IMG/VR virus record: IMGVR_UViG_3300048861_000121
Span: 1 to 25,186 of that record
Direction: 5' to 3' (one strand)
Length of the DNA stretch: 25,186 bases
Source of the DNA: a virus
Taxonomy: Duplodnaviria > Caudoviricetes
The first letter of the stretch is position 1. Each line of letters begins with the position of its first letter. The position numbers and the translations under genes are program-made. Of the stretch, positions 15,096 through 24,812 are shown in pieces. Under the pieces are notes generated by a model. That model did no database searches. It saw only the letters and a program-made list of their open reading frames with translations, and was not told where the DNA came from.

Positions 15096-15814
15096 CGAAA
15101 CGCAAACCCGGATGCAACAGACCACCGCGCATGGTCTGGAACGAAAAGCAAACGGCACAGTTGACACGCGAGTATCCGGACCATCAAACGGCCGACTTGG
15201 CCAAGGTGTTTGGTTGCAGCGTTGCACAGGTCTACTCGAAAGCCACGGCGCTCGGTCTCAAGAAATCAGCAGCCTTCATGGAATCGGATCGCAGCGGACG
15301 CATTCGCCGTGGGCGCACGGATCCGAAGATGGTGGCGACGCAGTTTAAGCCCGGGCAAGAGTCATGGAACAAAGGGGTGAAGGGTATTTGTGGCACGCAT
15401 CCCAACTCACGTCGGACGCAGTTTAAGAAAGGTTCGATGAGCGGCGCTGCGCAGCACAACTATGTGCCGATTGGTTCGTATCGCTATAGCAAGGACGGAT
15501 ATCTCGAACAAAAGACCAATGACGATCACCCCGTTCCGGCTCGGCGTTGGGTCGGCGTCCATCGGTTGGTGTGGGAGTCCGCTAACGGACCCGTGCCACC
15601 TGGCCATGTCGTGTGTTTCCGTCCCGGTCGCAAGACAGCAGAGCTGGAACTGATCACCCTCGACGCCGTCGAGTTGGTGACCCGCGCCGATTTAGCGCGA
15701 CGTAATTCACACCTGTCAAAAGACCCCGAAGTGGCGAAGTTGGTCCAGCTGAAGGGCGCTATCACCCGGCAGGTCAACCGCATCGCACGTGAGACAAAGG
15801 AGTCGCAATCATGA
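15092..15814 (+). CDS. HNH-type endonuclease-domain protein with an N-terminal HTH and TQFKxG repeats
   Basis: VHRLVWESANGPVPPGHVVCF motif; TQFKPG and TQFKKG; ATGA overlaps. Confidence 0.85.
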   Translation: MTKRKPGCNRPPRMVWNEKQTAQLTREYPDHQTADLAKVFGCSVAQVYSKATALGLKKSAAFMESDRSGRIRRGRTDPKMVATQFKPGQESWNKGVKGICGTHPNSRRTQFKKGSMSGAAQHNYVPIGSYRYSKDGYLEQKTNDDHPVPARRWVGVHRLVWESANGPVPPGHVVCFRPGRKTAELELITLDAVELVTRADLARRNSHLSKDPEVAKLVQLKGAITRQVNRIARETKESQS

Positions 15815-16083
15815 CCAGCAACATCAGCACCGTTCGCCAGCATCTTCTCGACACGTTGGCAGATCTGCGCAACCGCGAAAACCCGATGGAGATCGAGCGC
15901 GCCAAAGCGATCGCGCAGGTGGCCGGTGTGCTCATTGACAGCGCGAAGGTCGAGGTGGAGTTCATCAAGGCCACCAGCGCCGATAAGTCGGACTTCATCC
16001 AGCCGGAAGAGGTTGCCGAAACGACGCCTACCGGACTGCCGCCCGGCATTACGGGCATCACGAAACATCGGCTTGCGGGCTGA
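15811..16083 (+). CDS. Small phage protein coupled to the HNH gene (90 aa)
   Basis: RQHL.DTL..L...EIERAKAI..VA..LIDSAKVEV; AAGGAG SD; ATGA overlap. Confidence 0.85.
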   Translation: MTSNISTVRQHLLDTLADLRNRENPMEIERAKAIAQVAGVLIDSAKVEVEFIKATSADKSDFIQPEEVAETTPTGLPPGITGITKHRLAG

Positions 16084-16126
16084 GCGCGCCGATCGAGCAT
16101 GACGCCAACCTTGGGACTATTGAAAA

Positions 16127-18121
16127 ATGAACGAACAGACCATCTACATACCGCTCGGGACGCTTGAAATCTCCGAGCTAAACGTGCGCCGCGTCGAGCC
16201 GACCGGAATCGAGGAGCTTGCCGCACTGATCAAGTCGCAAGGGCTGCTGCAAAACCTCGTCGTCGTGTCCACGTTCCCGGGCCAAAATGACTGCTACGAA
16301 GTGATCGCGGGCGGTCGCCGCTTGCGTGCGCTTCAATTGCTGGCGCAGCGCGGAGATCTGGATCCGGACTACCTGGTGCCGTGCGTCGAGGTCAATCAGG
16401 CGAATGCCGAGCAATCGAGCATTGCTGAAAACTCCGCGCGCGAGCCGATGCATCCCGCCGACGAGTTTGAAGCGTTCAAACGCATGCACGACGCTGGCGC
16501 ACCAATTGAGGACACCGCGGCCGCATTCGGTGTATCGCCGCTGGTCGTGCGCCGCCGCCTGCAACTCGCCAAGGTTTCGCCGAAGCTGATCTCGATCTAC
16601 CGCGCTGGCGGCATGAACCTCGAAACGTTGCAAGCATTCACGCTGACCGATGACCGGGTGCTTCAAGAGAAGGCATGGGACGGCGCGCCAGAATATAACC
16701 GCAACAGCTATAACATCCGCGCGATCCTTACCAAAGGCGCACTTGAAGCGCGCAGCGATCGCCGCGCGAAGTTCGTTGGGCTGGATGCATACGAAGCAGC
16801 CGGCGGCACTCTGCGGAGAGATCTGTTCGGCGGTACCGACAGCGGGTACATCGATGACATCGCTTTGCTCGAGCAACTGACCACAGCGAAGCTCGAAGTG
16901 ATCGCGGCAGGCCTGCGTGCCGAAGGCTGGTCATTCGTCGCAGTCCATCCGGAGATCGGCTATAGCGAAACTAGCTCATACGGAAAGAGCAAGCCGAAGA
17001 CGCGTGCGCTGACCGACGACGAGAGCCGTGAGATCGACGAGTTGAAGGAATCGATCGACAAGGCTGATACGAAACTTCAGGACGACGAGTCGGACGACTT
17101 GGCTCAGGAAGAAATTGATGCACTCGAAGACACGATCAGCAACGCAAACAACGCGATCGCAGGTATCCGTGCGCGGACCGAGGAGTACTCCGCTCGCCAG
17201 ATGAAGGGTTCCGGCGTAGTCATGGGCATCACCTATCACGGTACCCTCGAAATTCACCTTGGGATGATCAAGCCAGCCGACAAAAAAGAGGAAGCGAAGC
17301 GCGCTACAGCGTCCGGCGAGCCGGTCGAAAAATCGGACCATAGCGAAGCGCTTCTGCGCAAGCTTTCCGCGAACCGCACCGCCGCGATAGCTGCACACCT
17401 CCTGGAGGCTCCACGAGTCGCACTCGATTACCTTTGTGCGCAGTTGGCCACGAAGGTGATCTACGATGCATCGAGCTACGGCTATGGGCAAGCCGGGCTG
17501 ATGATCTCTGCACAGCCACACCTGACAGCGCTGACGCAGCTGGCCGATGATGTCGAAAGTGGCAAAGCCTTCGCCGCTATTAACGAACGTCGCCAACAGC
17601 TATTGCAGATGCTTCCCGAGAAGGCAGACGGCCTGTTCGAATGGCTTAGCGATCGCCCGGTCACTGACGTGATCGAGATTCTTGGTTTTTGCACGAGCTC
17701 ATGCTTGAACGCGGTTGCCGGAGTAGAAGGCGTTCAGCCAATGGGCGATCTTGCGCAGGCGATCGGCCTTGATATGTCCGACTGGTGGCAACCGACGGTG
17801 CAGAGCTATCTTGGCCAGGTGCGCAAGAACGTCGTCATCGCGGCCGTGTCCGAAGTCGCCGGCGCCCACATCGCGCAGTCGCTGGATAAGCTGAAGAAGG
17901 GCGACCTTGGGAAGAAGGCCGAGGAGCTGCTCGCGGACAGCGAGTGGTTGCCGTCAGTGCTGCGTGCGCCGAGGCCAAAGAAAGCGGCGCCGGCGGTGAA
18001 GAGCAATCCCGCCAAAAAGGCAGCGCTGGCGCGAAAGACTGCTGCCAAGCCAGAGACGCGTCAAGTAGCACCAGCGCATGACTCTGCTGTTGCGTGGCCT
18101 TTTCCTTCGGGGCGCGCATGA
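16127..18121 (+). CDS. Long ParB/RepB/Spo0J-family protein (plasmid/ICE type, 664 aa)
   Basis: GLLQNLVV, EVIAGGRRLRAL, AENSARE.MHPADE, HTH, FVGLDAYEAAGG..RRDLF, DMSDWWQPT..SYL, WLP motifs. Confidence 0.92.
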   Translation: MNEQTIYIPLGTLEISELNVRRVEPTGIEELAALIKSQGLLQNLVVVSTFPGQNDCYEVIAGGRRLRALQLLAQRGDLDPDYLVPCVEVNQANAEQSSIAENSAREPMHPADEFEAFKRMHDAGAPIEDTAAAFGVSPLVVRRRLQLAKVSPKLISIYRAGGMNLETLQAFTLTDDRVLQEKAWDGAPEYNRNSYNIRAILTKGALEARSDRRAKFVGLDAYEAAGGTLRRDLFGGTDSGYIDDIALLEQLTTAKLEVIAAGLRAEGWSFVAVHPEIGYSETSSYGKSKPKTRALTDDESREIDELKESIDKADTKLQDDESDDLAQEEIDALEDTISNANNAIAGIRARTEEYSARQMKGSGVVMGITYHGTLEIHLGMIKPADKKEEAKRATASGEPVEKSDHSEALLRKLSANRTAAIAAHLLEAPRVALDYLCAQLATKVIYDASSYGYGQAGLMISAQPHLTALTQLADDVESGKAFAAINERRQQLLQMLPEKADGLFEWLSDRPVTDVIEILGFCTSSCLNAVAGVEGVQPMGDLAQAIGLDMSDWWQPTVQSYLGQVRKNVVIAAVSEVAGAHIAQSLDKLKKGDLGKKAEELLADSEWLPSVLRAPRPKKAAPAVKSNPAKKAALARKTAAKPETRQVAPAHDSAVAWPFPSGRA

Positions 18122-18519
18122 ACGCAGAGCATCCGCACGCCGTGGTGCTCGGGATCGTCCACGAGGAAGCCGGCCGCACGCTGTCGAAGGATGACTTCGA
18201 CCTTTGCATGCGGATCGCCAAGCACGCCTTCGGGAAGGGCTATGCGCATGCGTTGCCGTTTGCCGCAGTCGACGCGCGCACGCTGCCCGCCACCCTGACG
18301 CCGCCCGTGCGCCATGTCCTAAGCCTGATGCTCTGGCAGACGCTCCCGATCGCCAACGCGCTGCGCGCCACCGGCCGCCATATCAACCGCAAGACCGAGG
18401 ACGAGCAGGCCGCGGCGCTTCACTGGCTGCTCGGCATCGCGCTCGAGCACGGGGATAACTGGGAACAGGAAGCAGCCCGCGCGCTGCACAAGCTTTTAAG
18501 CGAGAAGAAAGGGGTATGA
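18118..18519 (+). CDS. Phage hypothetical protein (133 aa)
   Basis: ATGA overlaps; RKTEDEQAAALHWLL...HG..W motif. Confidence 0.75.
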   Translation: MNAEHPHAVVLGIVHEEAGRTLSKDDFDLCMRIAKHAFGKGYAHALPFAAVDARTLPATLTPPVRHVLSLMLWQTLPIANALRATGRHINRKTEDEQAAALHWLLGIALEHGDNWEQEAARALHKLLSEKKGV

Positions 18520-18884
18520 CCATGCCGAGACCACGCAAAGACGATGCGCTGACGCCCGAGAATATTCTGGGTCGGATGCGCCCGGGTGACACGTACCAGG
18601 CGAACCAGATCGCCGCCAAGTTTCATTTGGCGACGGTCGACATCCGGCCGATGCTGGCCGAGATGGTCAAGGCCGGCCAGCTCGAACTGAGCAAGGCGAA
18701 CATCAAGTCGATCGGGTTTCGGCGGCCGCGCACGGATGTACCGGCGACAGACGTTGGCGAGCTCGTGGTGACGTCCGTCGCCGGTCCGCGCGTGGGATCT
18801 CCGCTGGTCGGCAACCTGTCGGGCTATGACTCGGAGATCGCGCGGCGTACGGCGCTTTGCATGCTGGCGCGGGGTGCGCGGTGA
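18516..18884 (+). CDS. Phage hypothetical protein, possibly winged HTH
   Basis: ANQIAAKFHL....IRPML.EMVKAGQL; overlaps both neighbours. Confidence 0.7.
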   Translation: MTMPRPRKDDALTPENILGRMRPGDTYQANQIAAKFHLATVDIRPMLAEMVKAGQLELSKANIKSIGFRRPRTDVPATDVGELVVTSVAGPRVGSPLVGNLSGYDSEIARRTALCMLARGAR

Positions 18885-19120
18885 TCGACGCAATCCTCGA
18901 AAGTGACAAGGGCGGCATCATCCACGTCCACATTATGTCGCTGCCTCTGCAGATCGAGTGCGCCATGTGTGATTCGGTTGGCGACTGGACCTACGCCGTG
19001 CCGTACTACTGCGGTCCCGTGGCTGAAGGATGCAGCGAAGGCGGCTATCGCTGCGTGTGCAAGCCGTGTCATGACCGGTGGGCACGCTGGAACGACTCAC
19101 TGATGTACTACGGGGCCTGA
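18881..19120 (+). CDS. Small Cys-rich putative Zn-binding protein (79 aa)
   Basis: GTGA overlap; CAMC and CKPC pairs. Confidence 0.65.
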   Translation: MIDAILESDKGGIIHVHIMSLPLQIECAMCDSVGDWTYAVPYYCGPVAEGCSEGGYRCVCKPCHDRWARWNDSLMYYGA

Positions 19121-19123
19121 GCC

Positions 19124-19699
19124 ATGAAAGAACGTCCGATCCTTTTCAGCGGCGCCATGGTGCGCGCGCTGCTCGACGGCAGCAAGACGCAGACGCGGCG
19201 CATCGTGAAAGGACGTGCTCTCGATTGGCTGCAGCCTGGCATGTTCAACCGAGAGTACGTGGCCTCGCCAGACAACGGGTTAAGCCCTTACGGCTTTGCC
19301 GGAGATCGGCTCTACGTACGCGAGACGTGGCAACACAGCAATCACCCGCTCGGCCCGTACGATTCCGATAGCCTCGTGTTTTATCGAGCCGACTATTTCG
19401 ACGATCCGCACGGCCCGGATGGCGAGAAGTCGCCTGAAGGCAGGTATCGCGAATGGCGGCCGTCGATCCACATGCCGAGTGCTGCGTCGCGCATCCTGCT
19501 GGAAGTCACGGGCGTGCGCATCGAGCGGTTGCAGGACATCAGCGAGGATGATGCATGGGCTGAAGGATGTCCGGAGGATGCCACCTGGGCACTCGATTGG
19601 TATCAGTTGTTATGGAATAGCCTCAATGCCGCTCGCGGCTATGGCTGGGACGTCAACCCGTGGGTGTGGGTCGTGGAGTTTAAAAAGGTAGGTGTGTGA
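19124..19699 (+). CDS. ASCH/PUA-like phage protein
   Basis: ERPILFSGAMVRALLDG.KTQTRR, GDRLYVRETW, WRPSIHMP, RIERLQDIS, NPWVWVVEF. Confidence 0.88.
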   Translation: MKERPILFSGAMVRALLDGSKTQTRRIVKGRALDWLQPGMFNREYVASPDNGLSPYGFAGDRLYVRETWQHSNHPLGPYDSDSLVFYRADYFDDPHGPDGEKSPEGRYREWRPSIHMPSAASRILLEVTGVRIERLQDISEDDAWAEGCPEDATWALDWYQLLWNSLNAARGYGWDVNPWVWVVEFKKVGV

Positions 19700-19938
19700 T
19701 GGACACTCGACTGATGAGCGAAGACGATCTGCGCGATGTGACGGGCAAGAAACGGCACAGCGCGCAGGCGGCGTGGTTCAAGCAGCATTTCGGCATGCTC
19801 CCGGTGCAGCGCGCGGATGGGCGCATCATTCTCACCTGGGCGGCCTTCGAGGGTCTGCAGGCGAAGCGCGCCGGAGTGCTGGCCGGACCGCCGCAAGCTG
19901 AGCGGCCCGCGCTCGTACCCGTGAGGAGAATGGCGTGA
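19699..19938 (+). CDS. DUF4224-type putative excisionase
   Basis: LMS.DDL.DVTGKKR.SAQAAW...RADG pattern; directly upstream of and overlapping the integrase. Confidence 0.8.
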   Translation: MDTRLMSEDDLRDVTGKKRHSAQAAWFKQHFGMLPVQRADGRIILTWAAFEGLQAKRAGVLAGPPQAERPALVPVRRMA

Positions 19939-21041
19939 ACGCACGTCGTCGAAAGAAAGAGGAAGGCTTGCCCGGGCGCGTATACAAACGCTCGGGCGCG
20001 TTCTTCTGGGTGCGCAATACCGACGAAAAGTGGATCAAGCTGTGTCGCCTCGACGAAGGCGAGACCCGCATGCTCGAGCGCCTTGCAGAAGAAAGGCGAA
20101 AGATTGAGGTCGACGCGGACGAGGGGAGCCTGTCGCGGCTGGTCGCCATCTACATCGAGAGACACAAAGCCGACTATGCGGAATCGTTTCGAAAGGAATG
20201 GTGCCGGCGCGGTGAGGACGTCCGAAAGGCTTTCAGCAAGTTCGATATCCTCCAGCTCGACGCCGGCGCCGTTGAAGATTTCTTGCGTGATAACTGGCGC
20301 GACAAGCTGCCAACCCAGCGCGCAATGAAGGGCTGGCTGTCGAAATTCTTCTCGTGGGCCGTGTTGCACAAGCACGCGCCTTTCAACCCGTGCCGCGAAG
20401 TGAAGGTCAAGAAACCGAAGAAGCGGACGGTGCTGATAGGACACAAGCAGTTTCTGGCGATTCGCGAAGCGCTCGCGACCTACACGTATGAGAAACATGT
20501 GCGCGACAAGGTGCGCACGATCGCCGCGAAAGTACCGACCGGCCCGATGATGCAAGTGTTCGTCGATCTGTGCTATCTCACCTGCCAGCGTTCGACCGAG
20601 ATCCGGTTGCTCAAGTGGACGCAGGTTGACCGTGAGGCGGGCGTAATCCACTTCATCCCGACGAAAACGGAAGACTCTAGCGGTGAGGCCGTCGACTGGC
20701 CGATCACGCCGGAGATTGACGCGGTGCTCGTGCGCGCTCGTGCGCTCGAGCCGACTTTCGGACAGACCTATGTGGTACGAGACGGGAAGGGAAAACCGAA
20801 GACGGATCAGGCTTGTAGAGATGCGTGGGAAGGAGCAATGAAGCGCTGCGGCCTGGAAGAAGCGCCGTACACGATCAAGGATATTCGGGCAATGGCGCTC
20901 ACTGATGCGAACAACGCGGGATACAACATCGACGAGCTGCAAGTCGCCGGCGCGCATACCGATCGGGCGACGACTGAGGGCTATATTCGGCAGCGTCAGG
21001 TCCCACTTTCGACCGTTCGATTGGTACTTCCAGCCGCATAA
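19935..21041 (+). CDS. int: Tyrosine recombinase, phage integrase
   Basis: TCQRSTEI (R), TKT (K), KDIR (box II), GAH and TEGY catalytic Tyr; adjacent to a tRNA. Confidence 0.95.
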   Translation: MNARRRKKEEGLPGRVYKRSGAFFWVRNTDEKWIKLCRLDEGETRMLERLAEERRKIEVDADEGSLSRLVAIYIERHKADYAESFRKEWCRRGEDVRKAFSKFDILQLDAGAVEDFLRDNWRDKLPTQRAMKGWLSKFFSWAVLHKHAPFNPCREVKVKKPKKRTVLIGHKQFLAIREALATYTYEKHVRDKVRTIAAKVPTGPMMQVFVDLCYLTCQRSTEIRLLKWTQVDREAGVIHFIPTKTEDSSGEAVDWPITPEIDAVLVRARALEPTFGQTYVVRDGKGKPKTDQACRDAWEGAMKRCGLEEAPYTIKDIRAMALTDANNAGYNIDELQVAGAHTDRATTEGYIRQRQVPLSTVRLVLPAA

Positions 21042-21093
21042 TTTTGGACGTCGTCCAAGAGCAGCCTTAATCGCGCCGACGATGAAAAAGACA

Positions 21094-21125
21094 AAGCCCA
21101 CGTAACCGATTGATTACGTGGGCTT
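21094..21125 (-). terminator. Hairpin terminator downstream of tRNA-Pro, possibly bidirectional with int
   Basis: Perfect 12-bp inverted repeat AAGCCCACGTAA / TTACGTGGGCTT; T-rich continuation on the minus strand. Confidence 0.8.
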
Positions 21126-21128
21126 AAT

Positions 21129-21207
<79 letters not shown>

Positions 21208-21217
21208 AAAGAGGAAA

Positions 21218-21246
21218 AGTATATCAGACACTCTTTGGTTTTAGAA
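21218..21246 (-). promoter_or_regulatory. Putative sigma70 promoter of tRNA-Pro
   Basis: Minus strand TTCTAA-17-TATACT just upstream of the tRNA 5' end. Confidence 0.55.
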
Positions 21247-21376
21247 CCTGCAGACTCATCTTTGAAGCAAAAGCCCGTCAGTTTCACTCTTCCATCGCGC
21301 AAATGGCGTTCATTCCGCCAGCGTGCCGTGCGCCCGAACGCAGCCCGCGAATCGGCTCAACCCATCGCGTCCGCAC

Positions 21377-21754
21377 TCAATACCGCAACTCCGACTGCGT
21401 GTATTCGGACGTATGAATAGTCACCGATTGCTCGACGGGGCGTCGGCTCCTCGCGCGAAATCTCAAGGCCATTACAGCCGCAGCGACGCAAGGAATCGCG
21501 TAAGACACTGCGCGCTCACCGCAAGCGGACAATGACGATAGATCGATGTATCGCTCACGATCTAAGGTAGTTGCTGAAGCAAAAACGAAAGTCAGCGTGA
21601 AATCCAGCAGCATCGCCAGGCAGCAGAAGCCAATGAAAATCAGCGCGCCGTTCAGCACGGGTGCGCGACGTCCGCTGTTCAGCGTGTTGCAGACAAATAC
21701 AAACGCCGCCAACAGCACGAAATTGAGGATCAACGGAAACCAGGGGAAATTCAT
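21377..21754 (-). CDS. Host hypothetical membrane protein (about 3 TM)
   Basis: Three hydrophobic segments; start codon uncertain. Confidence 0.55.
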   Translation of the reverse strand: MNFPWFPLILNFVLLAAFVFVCNTLNSGRRAPVLNGALIFIGFCCLAMLLDFTLTFVFASATTLDRERYIDLSSLSACGERAVSYAIPCVAAAVMALRFRARSRRPVEQSVTIHTSEYTQSELRY

Positions 21755-21876
21755 CACACGCCCGCTTGGTGGTCTTGGTAGTGGAAGGAAAAGAGCCATC
21801 GCTCGTCGGTTCCAGGGAACCCAACGAGCGAAGTGGCGCGATCTTCACACGAGCGGCAACGTGATTTGAATACGAT

Positions 21877-22833
21877 TTATCCTAGTTTTCCCGCGGCTGG
21901 CGAAGATCCGCGCGAGCGGGCAGGGGCAACCGGGCGCGGCATCGAACCATCGGCGGCGAGCGCTTCCGAGACGAAATCGATGAACGTACGCACCTTCGTC
22001 GTCATGTATTTGCGGCTCGTGTAGACGGCGTACACGCGTGGTGCGAACGTCGTGTAATCGGGGAAAAGGCGCGTCAGTGCGCCTGACGCCAATTCCTGCG
22101 CCACGATCCACTCCGGGAAATAGGCGAGGCCAATTCCAGCGCGCACGAGTTGCAGCATCATGGAACTGTCGTTGGTCTTGAGCACGGGGCTGTTCTTCAC
22201 CGCGAACACCCCATCCGGCCCGGAGAACTCGACCGTGTCCACGCTGGTGTAAGTCGGCAGCACGATCTCGTGACGTTCGCTCAGTTCGCTGGGATGCCGC
22301 GGATAACCCCGCTGCTTCAGATAGTCCGGCAAGCCCACGAGCACGAACGGTACTTTGCACAGCGGTCGCACGATCATTGTAGGGGACGGTTCCGACGTCG
22401 CCCGCAACGCCATGTCATAGCCTTCTTCCACCAGATCGACGAAGCGGTTTTCCAGTCGCAGATCGATCATTACGTCCGGATAACGCACCCGATACGCGAC
22501 CAGGATATCGGCGAACTTCGCGGTCGCGAACCAACCCGGCGCGGTGACCTTCAGCACGCCTCGCGGCTGATCGGTTTGCGACCCGACCGCGGCTTCAGCG
22601 GCCTGCAGGATATCCAGCGCTTCCCGGCACTGCTCGTAATAAACACTACCGGCTTCCGTCAGGCTCAGATGACGCGTCGTCCGGTTCAGCAAGCGAACAC
22701 CCAGTTGCCGCTCGAGATTGGCGACGTGCTTGCTGGTCATCGCCGTGGAAATATCCAGCCGCTCGGCAGCTTTGACAAAGCTGCCGGCTTCGACAACATC
22801 GCGGAATACTCGCAGACTCGTTAATGCATCCAT
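21877..22833 (-). CDS. LysR family regulator (CrgA-like)
   Basis: GSFVKAAERL..LGVRLLNRTTR.LSLTEAG; VDLVEEGYD. Confidence 0.95.
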   Translation of the reverse strand: MDALTSLRVFRDVVEAGSFVKAAERLDISTAMTSKHVANLERQLGVRLLNRTTRHLSLTEAGSVYYEQCREALDILQAAEAAVGSQTDQPRGVLKVTAPGWFATAKFADILVAYRVRYPDVMIDLRLENRFVDLVEEGYDMALRATSEPSPTMIVRPLCKVPFVLVGLPDYLKQRGYPRHPSELSERHEIVLPTYTSVDTVEFSGPDGVFAVKNSPVLKTNDSSMMLQLVRAGIGLAYFPEWIVAQELASGALTRLFPDYTTFAPRVYAVYTSRKYMTTKVRTFIDFVSEALAADGSMPRPVAPARSRGSSPAAGKLG

Positions 22834-22880
22834 GACACGGCATCCATGACACTTTCCTGGCAGGAAACAAAGTGCTCAGT

Positions 22881-23867
22881 TTAGCGGGGTTTGTCTCCAC
22901 GCCGCGCTTGCTCGGGTCGCTTGGGCCACTCATCAAGTTCATCGTTGAAAAGGGACGCGACCACGCCGCGCAGCCACATGGTGCGCGGGTCGTTGTGAAA
23001 CTTGCGATGCCAGTGCTGCTTCAGATCGAAGTTCGGCAAGGGCAGCGGCGGTTCGGCCAGCGTGATGGACGCATGTTCAGCCACGTACGCATAGCCGATG
23101 GCGTGCGGCACCGTCGCGATCAGGTCGGTGCGCGAAAGAATGAACGGCAAGCTCATGAAGTGTGGCGTTTCGAGCACGGCGCGGCGGCGGATGCGTTTCT
23201 TGTCCAGGAAATTCTCGAGAATTTCCTGGCTTCGGCCCTCGGCCCGCACGACCGCGTGGCCGCATTCCACATACTGCGCGAGCGTCAGCGGGCCGCGCGA
23301 GAACGGGTGATCGCGCCGCATCAGGCAGATAAAGCGATGCGAAAAGAGCCGCTGCTGGAAGAAATTGTTGCCGGCGAGATCGGGGAAATAACCGATGGCC
23401 AGATCGATGTCACCGCTTTCCAGGGCACGCTCGACCTGATCGTGTTTCAGCGATACAGAGCGCAGATTTGCCCGCGGCGCGACGCTGGCGAGCGTCTGCA
23501 ACAGGCGCGGCAAGAACACGATTTCTCCGACATCCGAGAGCGCGATGGCGAAGGTATCGGTGGTGACGGCGGGATCGAAGTGCTGGGTATCGAGCAATCC
23601 TCGTTCGATCCGGTTCAGCGCCTCGCGAGCCACGGGCACGAGTGAGAGGGCACGCGGCGTCGGCTCCATGCCGCGCGATGTCCGCACGAACAGCGGGTCG
23701 TTGAAATACTCGCGCAAGCGCCCGAGCGCCGTGCTGACGCGCGGCTGGCTCACGCCAAGCTGTTCGGCTGCACGGCTCACATTGCGCGTGTCCTCGATCG
23801 CGACCAGATAGGGAATCAGGTTCAGATCGAGGTCGTGCAGCGCGAGGTCCCCGGGTTTCATCGCCAT
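22881..23867 (-). CDS. LysR family regulator (NahR/NodD-like)
   Basis: DLDLNL...NVSRAAEQLGVSQP.VS.AL.RLR..F.DPLFVRT..GMEPTPRA. Confidence 0.95.
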   Translation of the reverse strand: MAMKPGDLALHDLDLNLIPYLVAIEDTRNVSRAAEQLGVSQPRVSTALGRLREYFNDPLFVRTSRGMEPTPRALSLVPVAREALNRIERGLLDTQHFDPAVTTDTFAIALSDVGEIVFLPRLLQTLASVAPRANLRSVSLKHDQVERALESGDIDLAIGYFPDLAGNNFFQQRLFSHRFICLMRRDHPFSRGPLTLAQYVECGHAVVRAEGRSQEILENFLDKKRIRRRAVLETPHFMSLPFILSRTDLIATVPHAIGYAYVAEHASITLAEPPLPLPNFDLKQHWHRKFHNDPRTMWLRGVVASLFNDELDEWPKRPEQARRGDKPR

Positions 23868-23899
23868 GGTTTCATCGGCATGATTCTGTCGGCCTCCGC

Positions 23900-24715
23900 C
23901 TAGCCTCGTCTTGCGACCATCTCGGAAACACGCTGGGCCGCGTCCAGCAGCGGGTCGAGAAATGCCTTCACCATCTGCTTCGCGTTCTTGCGCTGCGCGT
24001 TGCCGCTGATATTCAGCGCCGCGATCACGCGTCCCTGGCGGTCGCGGATGGGCGCGGACATCGAAATCAGGCCTTCTTCCAGTTCCTGATCGACGATCGA
24101 CCAGCCTTGCTTGCGTACCACGGCGAGCGCGGCTTTCAGCGCGGTTTTATCGGTGAGCGTGCGCGGCGTGCGGGCTTCCAGCGGACTGGCATCCAGCACG
24201 GCATCGAGTTTGTCTTCGTCGAGCGCGGCGAGCAGTACGCGCCCGAGCGACGTGCAAAACGCGGGCAAACGGCTGCCGATTGACAGGTTGATCGTAATGA
24301 TCTTATGCGTGGGCACGCGCAGCACGTACACGATTTCCGTGCCGTTCAGCACGGCGGCCGAACAGCTCTCATGCACCTGGCCCACCAGTTCTTCCATCAC
24401 CGGTTCGGCCAGGTTCCAGAATGGCATTGATGTCAGGTAGGCAAAACCAAGATCGAGGATTTTCGCGGTCAGCGTGAAATAGCGGCCGTCGGCGTCGACG
24501 TAACCAAGCGCCTGCAGCGTCAACAGGATGCGGCGCGCGCCGGCGCGCGTCAGGCCCGACGCAGCGGCGACTTCCGACAAGGTCTGCGCCGGACGCGTAG
24601 CATCGAACGAACGAATCACCGATAAACCGCGCGCGAACGACTGCACATAAGCATCGCCGGGTCGCGAAGGGGACTCGGGATCAGGCAAATCGGCTTCGGC
24701 AGGAGTGGAAATCAT
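23900..24715 (-). CDS. pcaR: IclR family regulator, PcaR/PobR-like
   Basis: YVQSFARGL.VI..F, GLTRAGARRILLTL, GSRLPAFCTSLGRVLL, DQELEEGL; divergent from pcaI. Confidence 0.88.
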   Translation of the reverse strand: MISTPAEADLPDPESPSRPGDAYVQSFARGLSVIRSFDATRPAQTLSEVAAASGLTRAGARRILLTLQALGYVDADGRYFTLTAKILDLGFAYLTSMPFWNLAEPVMEELVGQVHESCSAAVLNGTEIVYVLRVPTHKIITINLSIGSRLPAFCTSLGRVLLAALDEDKLDAVLDASPLEARTPRTLTDKTALKAALAVVRKQGWSIVDQELEEGLISMSAPIRDRQGRVIAALNISGNAQRKNAKQMVKAFLDPLLDAAQRVSEMVARRG

Positions 24716-24812
24716 CGTGGTTCCGTCCTATGAATCGAACACATTACAAGCCGCGTCGGTATAAACCCGAGGATCATTGACAGCGCAACGAATGCGGGAA
24801 TACCATACGTTT

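Noticed and set aside
19680-21101. 473-aa minus-strand ORF
   Set aside because: Antisense shadow of the excisionase and integrase genes
9727-21125. Shared CACGTAAC/TTACGTG words in the hairpins at 9727-9755 and 21094-21125
   Set aside because: Only 7-8 bp match, arm order is reversed, and each hairpin has an independent explanation; likely coincidence
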